Source: a virus. Taken from it: a stretch of DNA of 64,000 nucleotides. This document shows positions 35,738-44,515 of the stretch, piece after piece; the stretch's first letter is position 1, and each line of letters begins with the position of its first letter. A program made the translations under genes and the position numbers. The notes below the pieces were generated by a model. The model worked only from the letters and a program-made list of their open reading frames with translations, searched no databases and was not told where the DNA came from. The stretch spans positions 5,828-69,827 of IMG/VR virus record IMGVR_UViG_3300028800_000087. One strand, given 5' to 3'.

Positions 35738-36174
35738 TGATCACGGCAACAAGGTTTCATGACTTCTCATACGGGCACCGGGTAGTTGGCCATGAGAATA
35801 AATGTAGGGGATTGCACGGACACAACGGCAGGGTTCACTTTGAATGCGCTGCCGAGCGCCTCGATATCGTCGGCCGCGTGATCGACTTTGGCGTTATCAA
35901 GTCCCGGCTCTGCCAATGGCTTGAGGACAACTGGGACCATAAGATGCTGTTGTGGAACAATGATGTCGTTGCATCAGAATTACTAGGCGGACTGCTTGAG
36001 CCCGCATGCCTGGACTCCATCTATTTGGTTCCATTCAACCCAACGGCCGAGAACATGGCGGAGTATTTGCGGACGGTCATTGGTCCGCAGCAGCTTGCCG
36101 GAACGGGGGTATATCTGCGGCGGGTGCAGGTCGATGAGACCCGCAAGTGCAGCGCAGTTTCGCAAGCAGACTAA
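35737..36174 (+). CDS. queD: 6-carboxytetrahydropterin synthase
   Basis: HDFSYGHR, C..LHGHN, VIDFG, WDH, NPTAEN and ET motifs. Confidence 0.93.
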   Translation: MITATRFHDFSYGHRVVGHENKCRGLHGHNGRVHFECAAERLDIVGRVIDFGVIKSRLCQWLEDNWDHKMLLWNNDVVASELLGGLLEPACLDSIYLVPFNPTAENMAEYLRTVIGPQQLAGTGVYLRRVQVDETRKCSAVSQAD

Positions 36175-36183
36175 ACGGAAAGG

Positions 36184-36924
36184 TTGGGGGCAATGTTCGG
36201 TAAGAATGCTATTGCGTCGCGGGTGCCTGGGGCGGCTGGCTTTAGGGTCCACTCAATGTTTCCGACAATCCAAGGCGAGGGGCCGTATGCGGGGGTGCCG
36301 GCGATCTTTGTCCGGCTGGCTGGCTGCAATCTGCGCTGCTGGTTCTGTGATACCCAGTTTGAGACCCCGGTAACCCAGATGAAGCACGGGGAACTGCTAT
36401 ATGCCATGCTGGAATCAGCGGAGCGCAATAACTGTCGGTTCTTTGTCTTCACCGGCGGGGAGCCCATGTTGCAGGAGATCGGCGCGCTGTTCCGCCATGA
36501 GAAGTTGGCCAAGATGCTGTTCCAGGTCGAGACGGCGGGATCGGTCTGGCCGCGCGAGGATATGCGGGTCGATGGCAGGGTCTCGATTGTCTGTTCGCCC
36601 AAGACGCATGGGGTGGCGGCGGAAATCAGGCATATGGCGAGCGACAGTAACCCTTATTTGTTCTTCAAATATCTGATCAGCTCCACCGACAAGATCGATG
36701 AGGAGACCGGTATCCCGATTGTTGATACCCAGAAGGGCGGCAAGCCCCTGATCCTATATCATCCGCCCCAGCTCAAGCTGGCCAAGCGGCGGATATATCT
36801 GCAACCGATGGATGAAAACGACGACGCCAAGAACGCGGCCAACGCCAAGCGCGCGGCGGAGCTTTGCATGCGCTATGGATACCGGTTGTCGTTACAGCTC
36901 CATAAGATCGTCGGCCTGGATTGA
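36184..36924 (+). CDS. queE: 7-carboxy-7-deazaguanine synthase (radical SAM)
   Basis: TIQGEG, FVRLAGCNLRCWFCDT, TGGEP, SPK and LSLQLHK motifs. Confidence 0.95.
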   Translation: MGAMFGKNAIASRVPGAAGFRVHSMFPTIQGEGPYAGVPAIFVRLAGCNLRCWFCDTQFETPVTQMKHGELLYAMLESAERNNCRFFVFTGGEPMLQEIGALFRHEKLAKMLFQVETAGSVWPREDMRVDGRVSIVCSPKTHGVAAEIRHMASDSNPYLFFKYLISSTDKIDEETGIPIVDTQKGGKPLILYHPPQLKLAKRRIYLQPMDENDDAKNAANAKRAAELCMRYGYRLSLQLHKIVGLD

Positions 36925-38339
36925 AGGAAACACTTAGGGGCGCAAACGAAGCCAACGTTCTGACGCTCCTGTGCACATCCGATGACCACGCGCCGCGACT
37001 GGTCCTTGAGATAAGCGCAAGCATATTCTCCTCGCGGAGTTATCGACGCATTGCTGAGGTGGCGATTGATTATGTAGAGCGTTTTGGCCGCGCGCCGGGT
37101 CCCCATCTGATCGACCTACTTGAGCCCGATATGCGGCGCGGGGAGGAAGGCAAGCTGATGGAGCGCATCGTTGGCGACATCCAAAAGCTGGCGCCGGCCC
37201 TGCAACCCGAGTATGTCCTGGGGGAACTCGGGCAATGGCTCGATTTACGGCATGTTGCCAAGGCTGCGGAAGCTGCCCTGGATGCAGTTGACGCCGGCAA
37301 CCTTAAAGCCGCGCAGGACGCCTTACATCGGGCAGAGATCAAGGGGGACCAGACCGAGGGGATATTCCTGCATGACCCCGATGCCATGCTATCGTTCATG
37401 CAAGAACGCGAGGAAGACTATTTCCCGTTGGGGATCGACGTTCTTGACCGCATGGGGGTCAGGCCGCAACGCAAGGAAATGATGGTAGCGATTGGCAACA
37501 AGAAGATCGGTAAGAGCTGGTTCCTGATCCAGGCTTCCAAGATGGCGCTGATGCATCGCCAATCAGTGCTTTATATCACATTGGAGATGCGGCAGGAGAA
37601 GGTTGCGCGCCGGTTCATTATGGCGGTCCTTGCCATGTCAAGCCGGGAGGTCGGCAAGATCAGGGTCCCGGTGTTTAAGAAAGACAAAGCCGGTAAGATG
37701 ATCGGGCTGGACTGGGATGAGCTGACGCCCGACGCCATCAACCCGGATCGCCGGGCGGCAATCGCCAAGCAGCTTGCGCGCTTCAAGGCGCGTCCGCCGT
37801 TGCTGATCAAAGAGTTTTCATCGGGCAGCCTGACCGTGCCGCAGCTCCGCGCATATCTGCGCTATCTGGAAAAGACCAAGAACTTCAAGCCCGATCTGCT
37901 GGTAGTCGATTATGCCGGCATCATGCAGTACGATGAGCAAAACGCGCGGCTATCGATGGCGCGCAACTTCTTGGGGCTGCGCCAGCTATGCCAGGATTTC
38001 AACATGGCCGGGTTGACAGTCTGGCAGGGCAACCGGACAACGGATACCGCCAAGACCGTCACATCCAGCATGGCATCGGAAGCCTATAAGATCGTGCAGG
38101 ATGCGGATGTCGTGATAACGATCAGCAGGACCGGCAAGGAACGCCAGCTTGGCCTTGCACGCATACTGGTCGATGCAGGCCGCGATGTTGAAGACAAGGT
38201 TATGGTGATGATCACGCAGAACTATTCAACCGGCCAGTTCTGCCTGGATAGCGTTTACATGTCAAAGTTTGTCGATGCGGAAGTCAACCGCATAACTGGC
38301 GACGGGGAAGAGGGAGGCGACGATCCCGACGAATCCTGA
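36921..38339 (+). CDS. Replicative helicase (DnaB-like)
   Basis: GNKKIGKS Walker A, YITLEM, VVDYA, QGNR and QDADVVI motifs. Confidence 0.85.
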   Translation: MKETLRGANEANVLTLLCTSDDHAPRLVLEISASIFSSRSYRRIAEVAIDYVERFGRAPGPHLIDLLEPDMRRGEEGKLMERIVGDIQKLAPALQPEYVLGELGQWLDLRHVAKAAEAALDAVDAGNLKAAQDALHRAEIKGDQTEGIFLHDPDAMLSFMQEREEDYFPLGIDVLDRMGVRPQRKEMMVAIGNKKIGKSWFLIQASKMALMHRQSVLYITLEMRQEKVARRFIMAVLAMSSREVGKIRVPVFKKDKAGKMIGLDWDELTPDAINPDRRAAIAKQLARFKARPPLLIKEFSSGSLTVPQLRAYLRYLEKTKNFKPDLLVVDYAGIMQYDEQNARLSMARNFLGLRQLCQDFNMAGLTVWQGNRTTDTAKTVTSSMASEAYKIVQDADVVITISRTGKERQLGLARILVDAGRDVEDKVMVMITQNYSTGQFCLDSVYMSKFVDAEVNRITGDGEEGGDDPDES

Positions 38340-39900
38340 AGCCATAAAGCGGTTCCTTGATAAGCCGGCGCCATATCTGCCGGCATTCAAGGGGGAGTCC
38401 GCATCACAGTTGCGCCGGCTGATCTATGATAGCACCGGCAGCCAGTATGATGAAAAGACGGTAAGCCGGCCGCATCAGTTGGAGGGGACCGCGTTCGCCC
38501 TCTATAAGCGCCGGTCCCTGTTGCTCTATTGGATGCGGCTGGGCAAGTCCAAGATGGCGCTGGACTGGTCAATGCATCTCCGCCGCGCCGGTTTACTTGA
38601 CCGGGGACGCAAGGGACTGATCCTCGCCCATGCCCCGATAGCCTGTCAGGTCTGGCGCACCCAGGCAGCGTTACATTCGGACCTGGATATCAGGACGGTT
38701 GAAAGCTATCAGGATGACAGCCGCGAAGATCAGCTACTCGATGCGCTGGATAGCGATTGCGATCTCATCGTCATGCCGCCAACAACCGTTCAGTTGCTGT
38801 TTACGATCAAGAAGCTAAGCCGCAAAGAAGAGCCCAAGCTTTACCCCAACCGGGACTGGCTCAAGATCGCGGCGCACGCGTTCAGCCACGCCATCATCGA
38901 TGAAATCCATATCTATAGCAACCCTTGGGCGCTGCGGACAGAACTCGTGCGGCTGCTGATTACCGAGTGCAAGCAGCGCGTAGGGCTGACCGGCACGCCA
39001 ATAGGCCGCAACCCGTTTGACATCTGGGCGCAAGCCGCGCTGATCGATGATGGCGCGACGTTTGGCTACAATTTCCCGTTCTTCCGCGAAGCCTTCAGCA
39101 CCAAGAAGAAGGGCTTCAAAGGCTTCACCGAGATGGTGTTCGATAAGCGCAAGATGCCGGCCTTCCAGGACAAGCTGGGCGGGCTGGCGCTGGCCTATGG
39201 CAAGGATGAGGTCAGGTCGGCTGAGGTATTTGCCGGGGATGTCGCGCTGACCATGCCGGAGGAACAGGCTGCCGCGTATGAGGAGGTCATCGATAAGGCG
39301 GTCAACCTTGACGGCTACGATGAGATTGAGATCAAGGCAACGTTCCATCGGCTGCGGCAGGTCGCGGCTGGCTATCTGCCATTCGATCACGACAAGCATG
39401 GACGGATGACCGTTCATTTCGATGGGTCGGTCAAGCTGCGCTGGCTGGCTGAGATGCTGGATACCCTGCCGGCCGGCATCCAGTTATTGATCTTCCACGA
39501 GTATACCCATAGCGGGGAGCTGATCTGCAAGGCGCTGGCGCAGGCCAAGCTGACCCATGCATGGCTGCGCGGCGGGGACGATCGGCGCGGGGACAAGGTT
39601 GCGGCGTTCCAGTCCGGGGAGGCGCAGGTCTTGGTCGCCCAGAGCCGGGTTGGCGGGACCAGCCTTGATCTGCCCCAGGCTGACTATGTCCTGATGTTCG
39701 AGTGCCCGGTCAGTCCCAGGGACTATGAGCAGGCGATCGCGCGGCCGATGGCGCGCGGGGACCGGCCGCTGATGCTGGATCACCTGATCGCGGCGCCGGT
39801 CGATCGCAAGATATTGGCCTTCATCAAGGAGGGGCGGGACCTGTCGGATGAAATAATCCGGTCGGGGCGCAAGTTTTTCAGCGATCTGCGCGCAAAGTAG
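38323..39900 (+). CDS. SNF2-family (SF2) helicase
   Basis: HQLEG, MRLGKS, IIDEIH, LTGTP, GTSLDL and QAIAR motifs; start uncertain (ATC 38323 after GGGAGG, or TTG 38410). Confidence 0.88.
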   Translation: MPTNPEAIKRFLDKPAPYLPAFKGESASQLRRLIYDSTGSQYDEKTVSRPHQLEGTAFALYKRRSLLLYWMRLGKSKMALDWSMHLRRAGLLDRGRKGLILAHAPIACQVWRTQAALHSDLDIRTVESYQDDSREDQLLDALDSDCDLIVMPPTTVQLLFTIKKLSRKEEPKLYPNRDWLKIAAHAFSHAIIDEIHIYSNPWALRTELVRLLITECKQRVGLTGTPIGRNPFDIWAQAALIDDGATFGYNFPFFREAFSTKKKGFKGFTEMVFDKRKMPAFQDKLGGLALAYGKDEVRSAEVFAGDVALTMPEEQAAAYEEVIDKAVNLDGYDEIEIKATFHRLRQVAAGYLPFDHDKHGRMTVHFDGSVKLRWLAEMLDTLPAGIQLLIFHEYTHSGELICKALAQAKLTHAWLRGGDDRRGDKVAAFQSGEAQVLVAQSRVGGTSLDLPQADYVLMFECPVSPRDYEQAIARPMARGDRPLMLDHLIAAPVDRKILAFIKEGRDLSDEIIRSGRKFFSDLRAK

Positions 39901-39960
39901 CTTGCGTTTGTGGCGGCTCGCGCGTATAAAATCCGGGTTAACCAAGGAGACCAACCAATG
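39847..39960 (+). repeat. Copy 1 of ~114-bp promoter/RBS cassette
   Basis: Near-identical to 40507-40621; contains TTGCGT-N17-TATAAA (39902-39930) and AAGGAG-ATG. Confidence 0.93.
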
Positions 39961-40248
39961 CCCCGCGCAACCGTCGATCCCGCGCTGATCGCGCCGCCTG
40001 CCCCGCCCCCGCAGCTTTCGCCGCTGCAACTGATGATCGCCCGCCTGGACAGCCTGCCGGTCGATGGCAAGGCCGATCAGGTCGAACTGCTGATGACCGC
40101 CCTATCTGCCGTTGAGACCTGGGCGATGGGGACCAACCCGGCCGATGTCTTCATCCGCAAGGTCGCCCAGCATGCCCGCGAGCGCGTCCTGGCCACCCAA
40201 GCGCGCGGCAACAAGGGAACGGTGATCGTCGGCCGGGGGACCAACTGA
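39958..40248 (+). CDS. Hypothetical early protein
   Basis: AAGGAG RBS; downstream of a promoter; 96 aa. Confidence 0.7.
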   Translation: MPRATVDPALIAPPAPPPQLSPLQLMIARLDSLPVDGKADQVELLMTALSAVETWAMGTNPADVFIRKVAQHARERVLATQARGNKGTVIVGRGTN

Positions 40249-40436
40249 TGGCCATGACAAAAGTTAAAATCATCGTTGAGCAAATGGGCAAAACAGCTTG
40301 GACATGGGAATTGCGTGATGCTGTGCCGCCAAGGTTAGGCGGAACTGGTCGAATTGCGCTTTCTGACCAATGTTTCGCTACGGCCGAACGTGCAATGGCT
40401 AATGCAATTGAAATTAAAGACCGATATGTAAAATGA
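40248..40436 (+). CDS. Hypothetical protein
   Basis: 62 aa; TGATG coupled; AT-richer. Confidence 0.55.
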   Translation: MAMTKVKIIVEQMGKTAWTWELRDAVPPRLGGTGRIALSDQCFATAERAMANAIEIKDRYVK

Positions 40437-40591
40437 CACCAGAACAGCTAGCCAAATCTGGTAGCGAGGATGCCGAGCAATCGGCATTCTTCGCGTACGC
40501 CCTACAGATGAAATATAATCCGGTCGGGACGCAAGTTTTTCAGCGATCTGCGCGCAAAGTAGCTTGCGTTTGTGGCGGCTCGCGCGTATAA
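40433..40591 (+). pseudogene. Truncated gene remnant (N-terminus resembling phage VRR-NUC-type nucleases)
   Basis: MTPEQLAKSGSEDAEQSAFFAYA then runs into repeat copy 2 and stops; family resemblance is from memory only. Confidence 0.45.
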
Positions 40592-40621
40592 AATAGGGAC
40601 CAACCAAGGAGACCCCCAATG
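40507..40621 (+). repeat. Copy 2 of promoter/RBS cassette
   Basis: TTGCGT-N17-TATAAA at 40564-40592; AAGGAG; ATG at 40619. Confidence 0.93.
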
Positions 40622-40885
40622 GCCAAGTTTCGCGCGCGTTTCCCAAATCATCATCATCCCAAATCGTTTACCGAAATAATTCAGGCATTGGACGCTGGTA
40701 AACTGTTTTGGAAATTCACCAACCATCCCACCCTGTGCCCGGTAGTACGGCGCGCTAATGAACCGCGTCGGGCAGGTATGGTTGCCATCGCGGTGCAAGG
40801 CGGTCCTGGCCCCGGCGTCGCGATGTGGCACACCACCAGCATGACTGATGCCCGCCTAATGTACATCCCAGTCGTGGAGGGCTGA
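40619..40885 (+). CDS. Hypothetical early protein
   Basis: 88 aa; promoter and RBS upstream. Confidence 0.7.
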   Translation: MAKFRARFPNHHHPKSFTEIIQALDAGKLFWKFTNHPTLCPVVRRANEPRRAGMVAIAVQGGPGPGVAMWHTTSMTDARLMYIPVVEG

Positions 40886-41100
40886 TGATGGCCAAGCATG
40901 CAATACTTATCAAGCATCGGGCGCGCAAGGCGCTAGCGTCCGGCTTTGTCAACACCGCTGTTTACCCGCAAGGCGTTGGCGGGATCGATGGCCACGAATG
41001 TTGCATCGGTCTGGAGGTTAACGGGGTCCGGCTGATCATGCCACGATCGACCTGGGAGGAGGCCAACAAATCGCTGGAAAGATTACTGGCTGATATCTGA
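40885..41100 (+). CDS. Hypothetical protein
   Basis: 71 aa; GGAGG RBS; TGATG coupling. Confidence 0.65.
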   Translation: MMAKHAILIKHRARKALASGFVNTAVYPQGVGGIDGHECCIGLEVNGVRLIMPRSTWEEANKSLERLLADI

Positions 41101-41107
41101 TCCAATT

Positions 41108-41133
41108 AGGGGCGCCTTCGGGCGCCTTTTTTA
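41108..41133 (+). terminator. Intrinsic terminator
   Basis: GGCGCC-TTCG-GGCGCC-TTTTTT (UUCG tetraloop). Confidence 0.9.
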
Positions 41134-41134
41134 T

Positions 41135-41163
41135 TTGCCTTGTGGCGCGGCATCCCGTATATA
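41135..41163 (+). promoter_or_regulatory. Sigma70-type promoter
   Basis: TTGCCT-N17-TATATA; spacer shares TGTGGCG...CG with the duplicated promoters. Confidence 0.7.
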
Positions 41164-41197
41164 TCGCCGGTCACCAACCGACCTACGGGAGAACCCA

Positions 41198-43012
41198 ATG
41201 GCATCCGAACTTCGCTTTCGCGGCAAGCGCGCCCATCTGTTCCAGACCTCAGCGATCGTCGCGCCGCCCGCCCCAACCGCCCAACTGCCCGCGCTGTCCC
41301 CGCGCCAGATCATGCTGGCCAACCTCGAGAAGCGGGAGCGCGCCTTCGACGCCGAGCAGGCCGCCAAGCCGGTCTTCGTCCCATCGCCGCAGCAAGCCGC
41401 CCTATTCGACTGGGTTGAAACCGGGCACGGCAATGCGGTCCTGCTCGCGGTTGCCGGTGCCGGTAAGTCAACCACGCTGATCCAGGCGCTATCCCGGATG
41501 CAGGGAAAGATATTCCTGGGCGCCTATAACGCCAGCGCCGCCAAGGACCTCAAGGCCAAGGCGGGGGCAGAGGGCATCGGCAGCAACGTCTACATTGCAA
41601 CCATGCATAGCGCCGGCTACAGCGAGTTCCGCAGCGCCTTCAAGGGCGTTGTCGTTGAGGAGACCAAGGTCGCCAAGCTGATCGATGATCTGGGCAAGGC
41701 AATGCCGGCGCGGCGGGAGGAGATCGATAGCGCCTACAGCTTCATCCGCAAGATGGTCAGCTTCGGCAAGCAATATCTGATCGGCTGCAAGGGCAAGACC
41801 GCGATCGATGATCTGGCGACTTGGCGCAAGCTTGTGGATCATTTCAGCGCGGACCAGGACCTACCCGAGACCTATGACGTTGAGGAGGTCCTGGGTTGGG
41901 TCCAGACGATCTACAAGCGCAGCGCGGATCAATGCCCCAAACTGATCGACTTCGACGACATGCTGTTCGCGCCGATCTACTATCAGACCCGGCCATTCCA
42001 GAACGACTGGTTCCTGGGCGATGAATGGCAGGATGCCAATCCGGCAAGGCTTGAGATGGCGCAGCGCATGGTCAAGCGGACCGGGCGGGCGCTGTTCGTT
42101 GGCGATCGGCGCCAGTCGATCTACGGCTTCACCGGAGCCGGCGGGGATAGCATGGACAAGACTATTGAGCGGTTTAACGCGATCGAGCTGCCCCTGACCG
42201 TCACCTATCGCTGCCCCAAGGCGGTTGTAAGCTTTGTCAGGGGCTTTGCGCCGGAGTATGACATCATCGCGCATGACCGCGCGCCAGAGGGCATCGTTCG
42301 GCCTGTAAACGTTGCTAATGTCGTCCCCTGCCCAACATGTAAGGGTACCGGCAAGGCGGGCGAGCTGGTTGGCAAGGTGGAGTGGCCATTTGCCGAGAAG
42401 CCGATCTGTCCCGATTGCCAGGGCAAGCCATTGCCGGTCAAGCCTTGGTTCATGCAGGACGCGCCGGACGCGACCAGCGCGGTCATCTGCCGGTTTACCC
42501 GCCCCCTGATCGCGACCGCCTACCGGATGATCCGCGAGGGCGTTGCCTGCAAGGTTGAGGGGCGCGACCTCGGCAAGGGGCTGGTAGCGCTTTGCCGGCT
42601 ATGGAAAATCCGGTCGATCAAGTTGCTTGAGGAGCGGCTGGCCAAGCATCTGGAACGCGAGATCGCCAAGGCGCGCGCTGCCAAGTCTGAGCGCCGGGAG
42701 CAGGACATCACCGACAAGGTCGAGACCATCCGTATATTTATCGATCGCTGTCGGCAGCAGGGTAAGACCCAGATCGATGAGCTGGTGGTGGAGATTGAGT
42801 CGCTGTTCCAGGATGATGTTACTGGCATGATAACCCTATGCACCGGGCATAAGTGCAAGGGCCGCGAGTGGCAGCGGGTCTTCTGGCTGCGGACGGCAAC
42901 CACCATGCGGCTGCAAAAGGAGTGGGAGGAGGAGCAGGAGGCCAACGTAAGAATAGTGATGGGCACCCGATCCAAGTTCGAGATGGTGCTCGTTCCCGAT
43001 AACCTGATCTAG
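41198..43012 (+). CDS. UvrD/Rep-like SF1 helicase with zinc-finger insertion
   Basis: AVAGAGKST, IDFDDM, DEWQD, VGDRRQSIYGF, TYRCP and TGHKCKGREW motifs; GGAG RBS. Confidence 0.92.
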   Translation: MASELRFRGKRAHLFQTSAIVAPPAPTAQLPALSPRQIMLANLEKRERAFDAEQAAKPVFVPSPQQAALFDWVETGHGNAVLLAVAGAGKSTTLIQALSRMQGKIFLGAYNASAAKDLKAKAGAEGIGSNVYIATMHSAGYSEFRSAFKGVVVEETKVAKLIDDLGKAMPARREEIDSAYSFIRKMVSFGKQYLIGCKGKTAIDDLATWRKLVDHFSADQDLPETYDVEEVLGWVQTIYKRSADQCPKLIDFDDMLFAPIYYQTRPFQNDWFLGDEWQDANPARLEMAQRMVKRTGRALFVGDRRQSIYGFTGAGGDSMDKTIERFNAIELPLTVTYRCPKAVVSFVRGFAPEYDIIAHDRAPEGIVRPVNVANVVPCPTCKGTGKAGELVGKVEWPFAEKPICPDCQGKPLPVKPWFMQDAPDATSAVICRFTRPLIATAYRMIREGVACKVEGRDLGKGLVALCRLWKIRSIKLLEERLAKHLEREIAKARAAKSERREQDITDKVETIRIFIDRCRQQGKTQIDELVVEIESLFQDDVTGMITLCTGHKCKGREWQRVFWLRTATTMRLQKEWEEEQEANVRIVMGTRSKFEMVLVPDNLI

Positions 43013-43027
43013 AAGGGGGTCACAATT

Positions 43028-43141
43028 ATGATAATTCTGTTGGTTCTGATCCTGGGGGCGCTGTTGTTCCCAGGCATAATGCGGGGCGCAGTTTACATCA
43101 TCCTGATCATGCTGGCGGTCGCAGCGGCGGGGGCAGGCTGA
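43028..43141 (+). CDS. 37-aa hydrophobic peptide (not in ORF track)
   Basis: MIILLVLILGALLFPGIMRGAVYIILIMLAVAAAGAG; TGATG coupled to the next gene. Confidence 0.5.
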   Translation: MIILLVLILGALLFPGIMRGAVYIILIMLAVAAAGAG

Positions 43142-43557
43142 TGCCGTTTACATGGCTCTGCGCGCCGGTCCTGATCCGCACCATTGCGCCAGTCGCAAAG
43201 CTGGCAGCCAAGGGCGCCAGCATCGCGGTAAAGCCCATTGCTGCGGGGGTTGGGGTCGGCCGGCGCATCATCCATCACTGGCATAAGCCCCACGCCGTCG
43301 CGGCAAGGCGCATCATTCGCCACAAAGCGCTGGTCGCCTTTGTATGCTTTGCGGTCCCGCTAGGCGGGCTGGCAGGCGGCGGGGCGCTCCTTTGGGGACC
43401 TGGGGGACTATCAGGCGGGGGCAACCTTGAGGCGATCCCAGGCGCGTCCCAGGGCAGCAGCGCGGAGGCATCACCGGTCAATATCCCGGAGCCTTCGTCC
43501 ATGCTGATCTTGTTGGCGGCAATCGGCGCATTATTGATAACAAAGCGCAATGATTAG
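43141..43557 (+). CDS. PEP-CTERM sorting-domain protein
   Basis: C-terminal VNIPEPSSMLILLAAIGALLITKRND: PEP motif, hydrophobic helix, basic tail. Confidence 0.78.
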   Translation: MPFTWLCAPVLIRTIAPVAKLAAKGASIAVKPIAAGVGVGRRIIHHWHKPHAVAARRIIRHKALVAFVCFAVPLGGLAGGGALLWGPGGLSGGGNLEAIPGASQGSSAEASPVNIPEPSSMLILLAAIGALLITKRND

Positions 43558-43564
43558 GGTCAAT

Positions 43565-43603
43565 AAAAGACCGGCCGGGAGGTGGGTCCCGGCCGGCTAG
43601 TTT
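43565..43603. terminator. Stem-loop between convergent arms
   Basis: AAAAGA-CCGGCCGGGA-ggtggg-TCCCGGCCGG; T-run on the minus strand. Confidence 0.65.
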
Positions 43604-43699
43604 GCATGTCTATTGAGAGACCAGGGCAAATCCCAGGTGATGGAGTTGCCCCGCGCCTATATGGGACTTGCGCCCCTGATTGCAATCAAGCCTACGTTA

Positions 43700-44515
43700 T
43701 CAGGGGTTCTTCAATCCGGCCCGCGCAACGTCGGCCGATGTGCCGCTTGCCGCTGCGCTGGCGGCCGGGATCATATTGACCTCCATCTCAATGACCGGCA
43801 ACAGGACATCGGCAAGCTGGACCGCCTGCAATGCCTTGGGCGGCAATCCGGGGATACTGCCGGCAGCCGCGACGATCGCGTTGATGTCGGCCTCAACGCG
43901 CTTTACAACGGTCTGCTGCGCCGCCTGACTATCCGCCGCCGCAAAGGCCCCCGCCTCTGCCTGCAAGTCCGCCAGGGCGCTTGTAACCGCTGGCGGGACG
44001 CTAACCCCTGGCATGTTGCCCAGCGCCGCCTGCAAGCCGCTGGCGGCTAGGCTGATGTCCTGCGCGGCCTGGGATGGTGTTTGCTTGCCACAGGCTGCCA
44101 GGGTCAGGGCAAAGCCGATCGCGAACAGTAGGGCGATCACCTTGGTAAGTGGGGTGCTGCCCTGCATGGCGGCGGTCGATGCAGGGGCAGCGGTAAAGAT
44201 GCCGGTGATCGGCTGGCCGGTCAGCGCGCGGAAGATCAGCGTTGCCACCATGACGATTGCGCCGGTCACCATTGCGCTGGTGTTGGCGTCCCAGCCAAGG
44301 CCATAGCGGGTAACAACCCAGGAGACCACCAGCGCGATGGCATTGCCCCAGACCGACTTGGAGGCGAGCAGGGCCTTACCGGTGAACATGCTGGCAAGGT
44401 CGGGATCGACCGCCTGCGCCTTGCGGATCAGGTCAGGTAAGGACTTGGCATCGGCGATCAGGTCATTACGGGTGACAAGGTTGGGATTGGATGCGGCGGG
44501 GTTGGTCGTTGACAT
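43700..44515 (-). CDS. Membrane protein (holin-like N-half, lipobox-containing C-half)
   Basis: Two hydrophobic helices after SKSVW; third helix ends in LAAC; last gene of the tail operon. Confidence 0.6.
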   Translation of the reverse strand: MSTTNPAASNPNLVTRNDLIADAKSLPDLIRKAQAVDPDLASMFTGKALLASKSVWGNAIALVVSWVVTRYGLGWDANTSAMVTGAIVMVATLIFRALTGQPITGIFTAAPASTAAMQGSTPLTKVIALLFAIGFALTLAACGKQTPSQAAQDISLAASGLQAALGNMPGVSVPPAVTSALADLQAEAGAFAAADSQAAQQTVVKRVEADINAIVAAAGSIPGLPPKALQAVQLADVLLPVIEMEVNMIPAASAAASGTSADVARAGLKNP

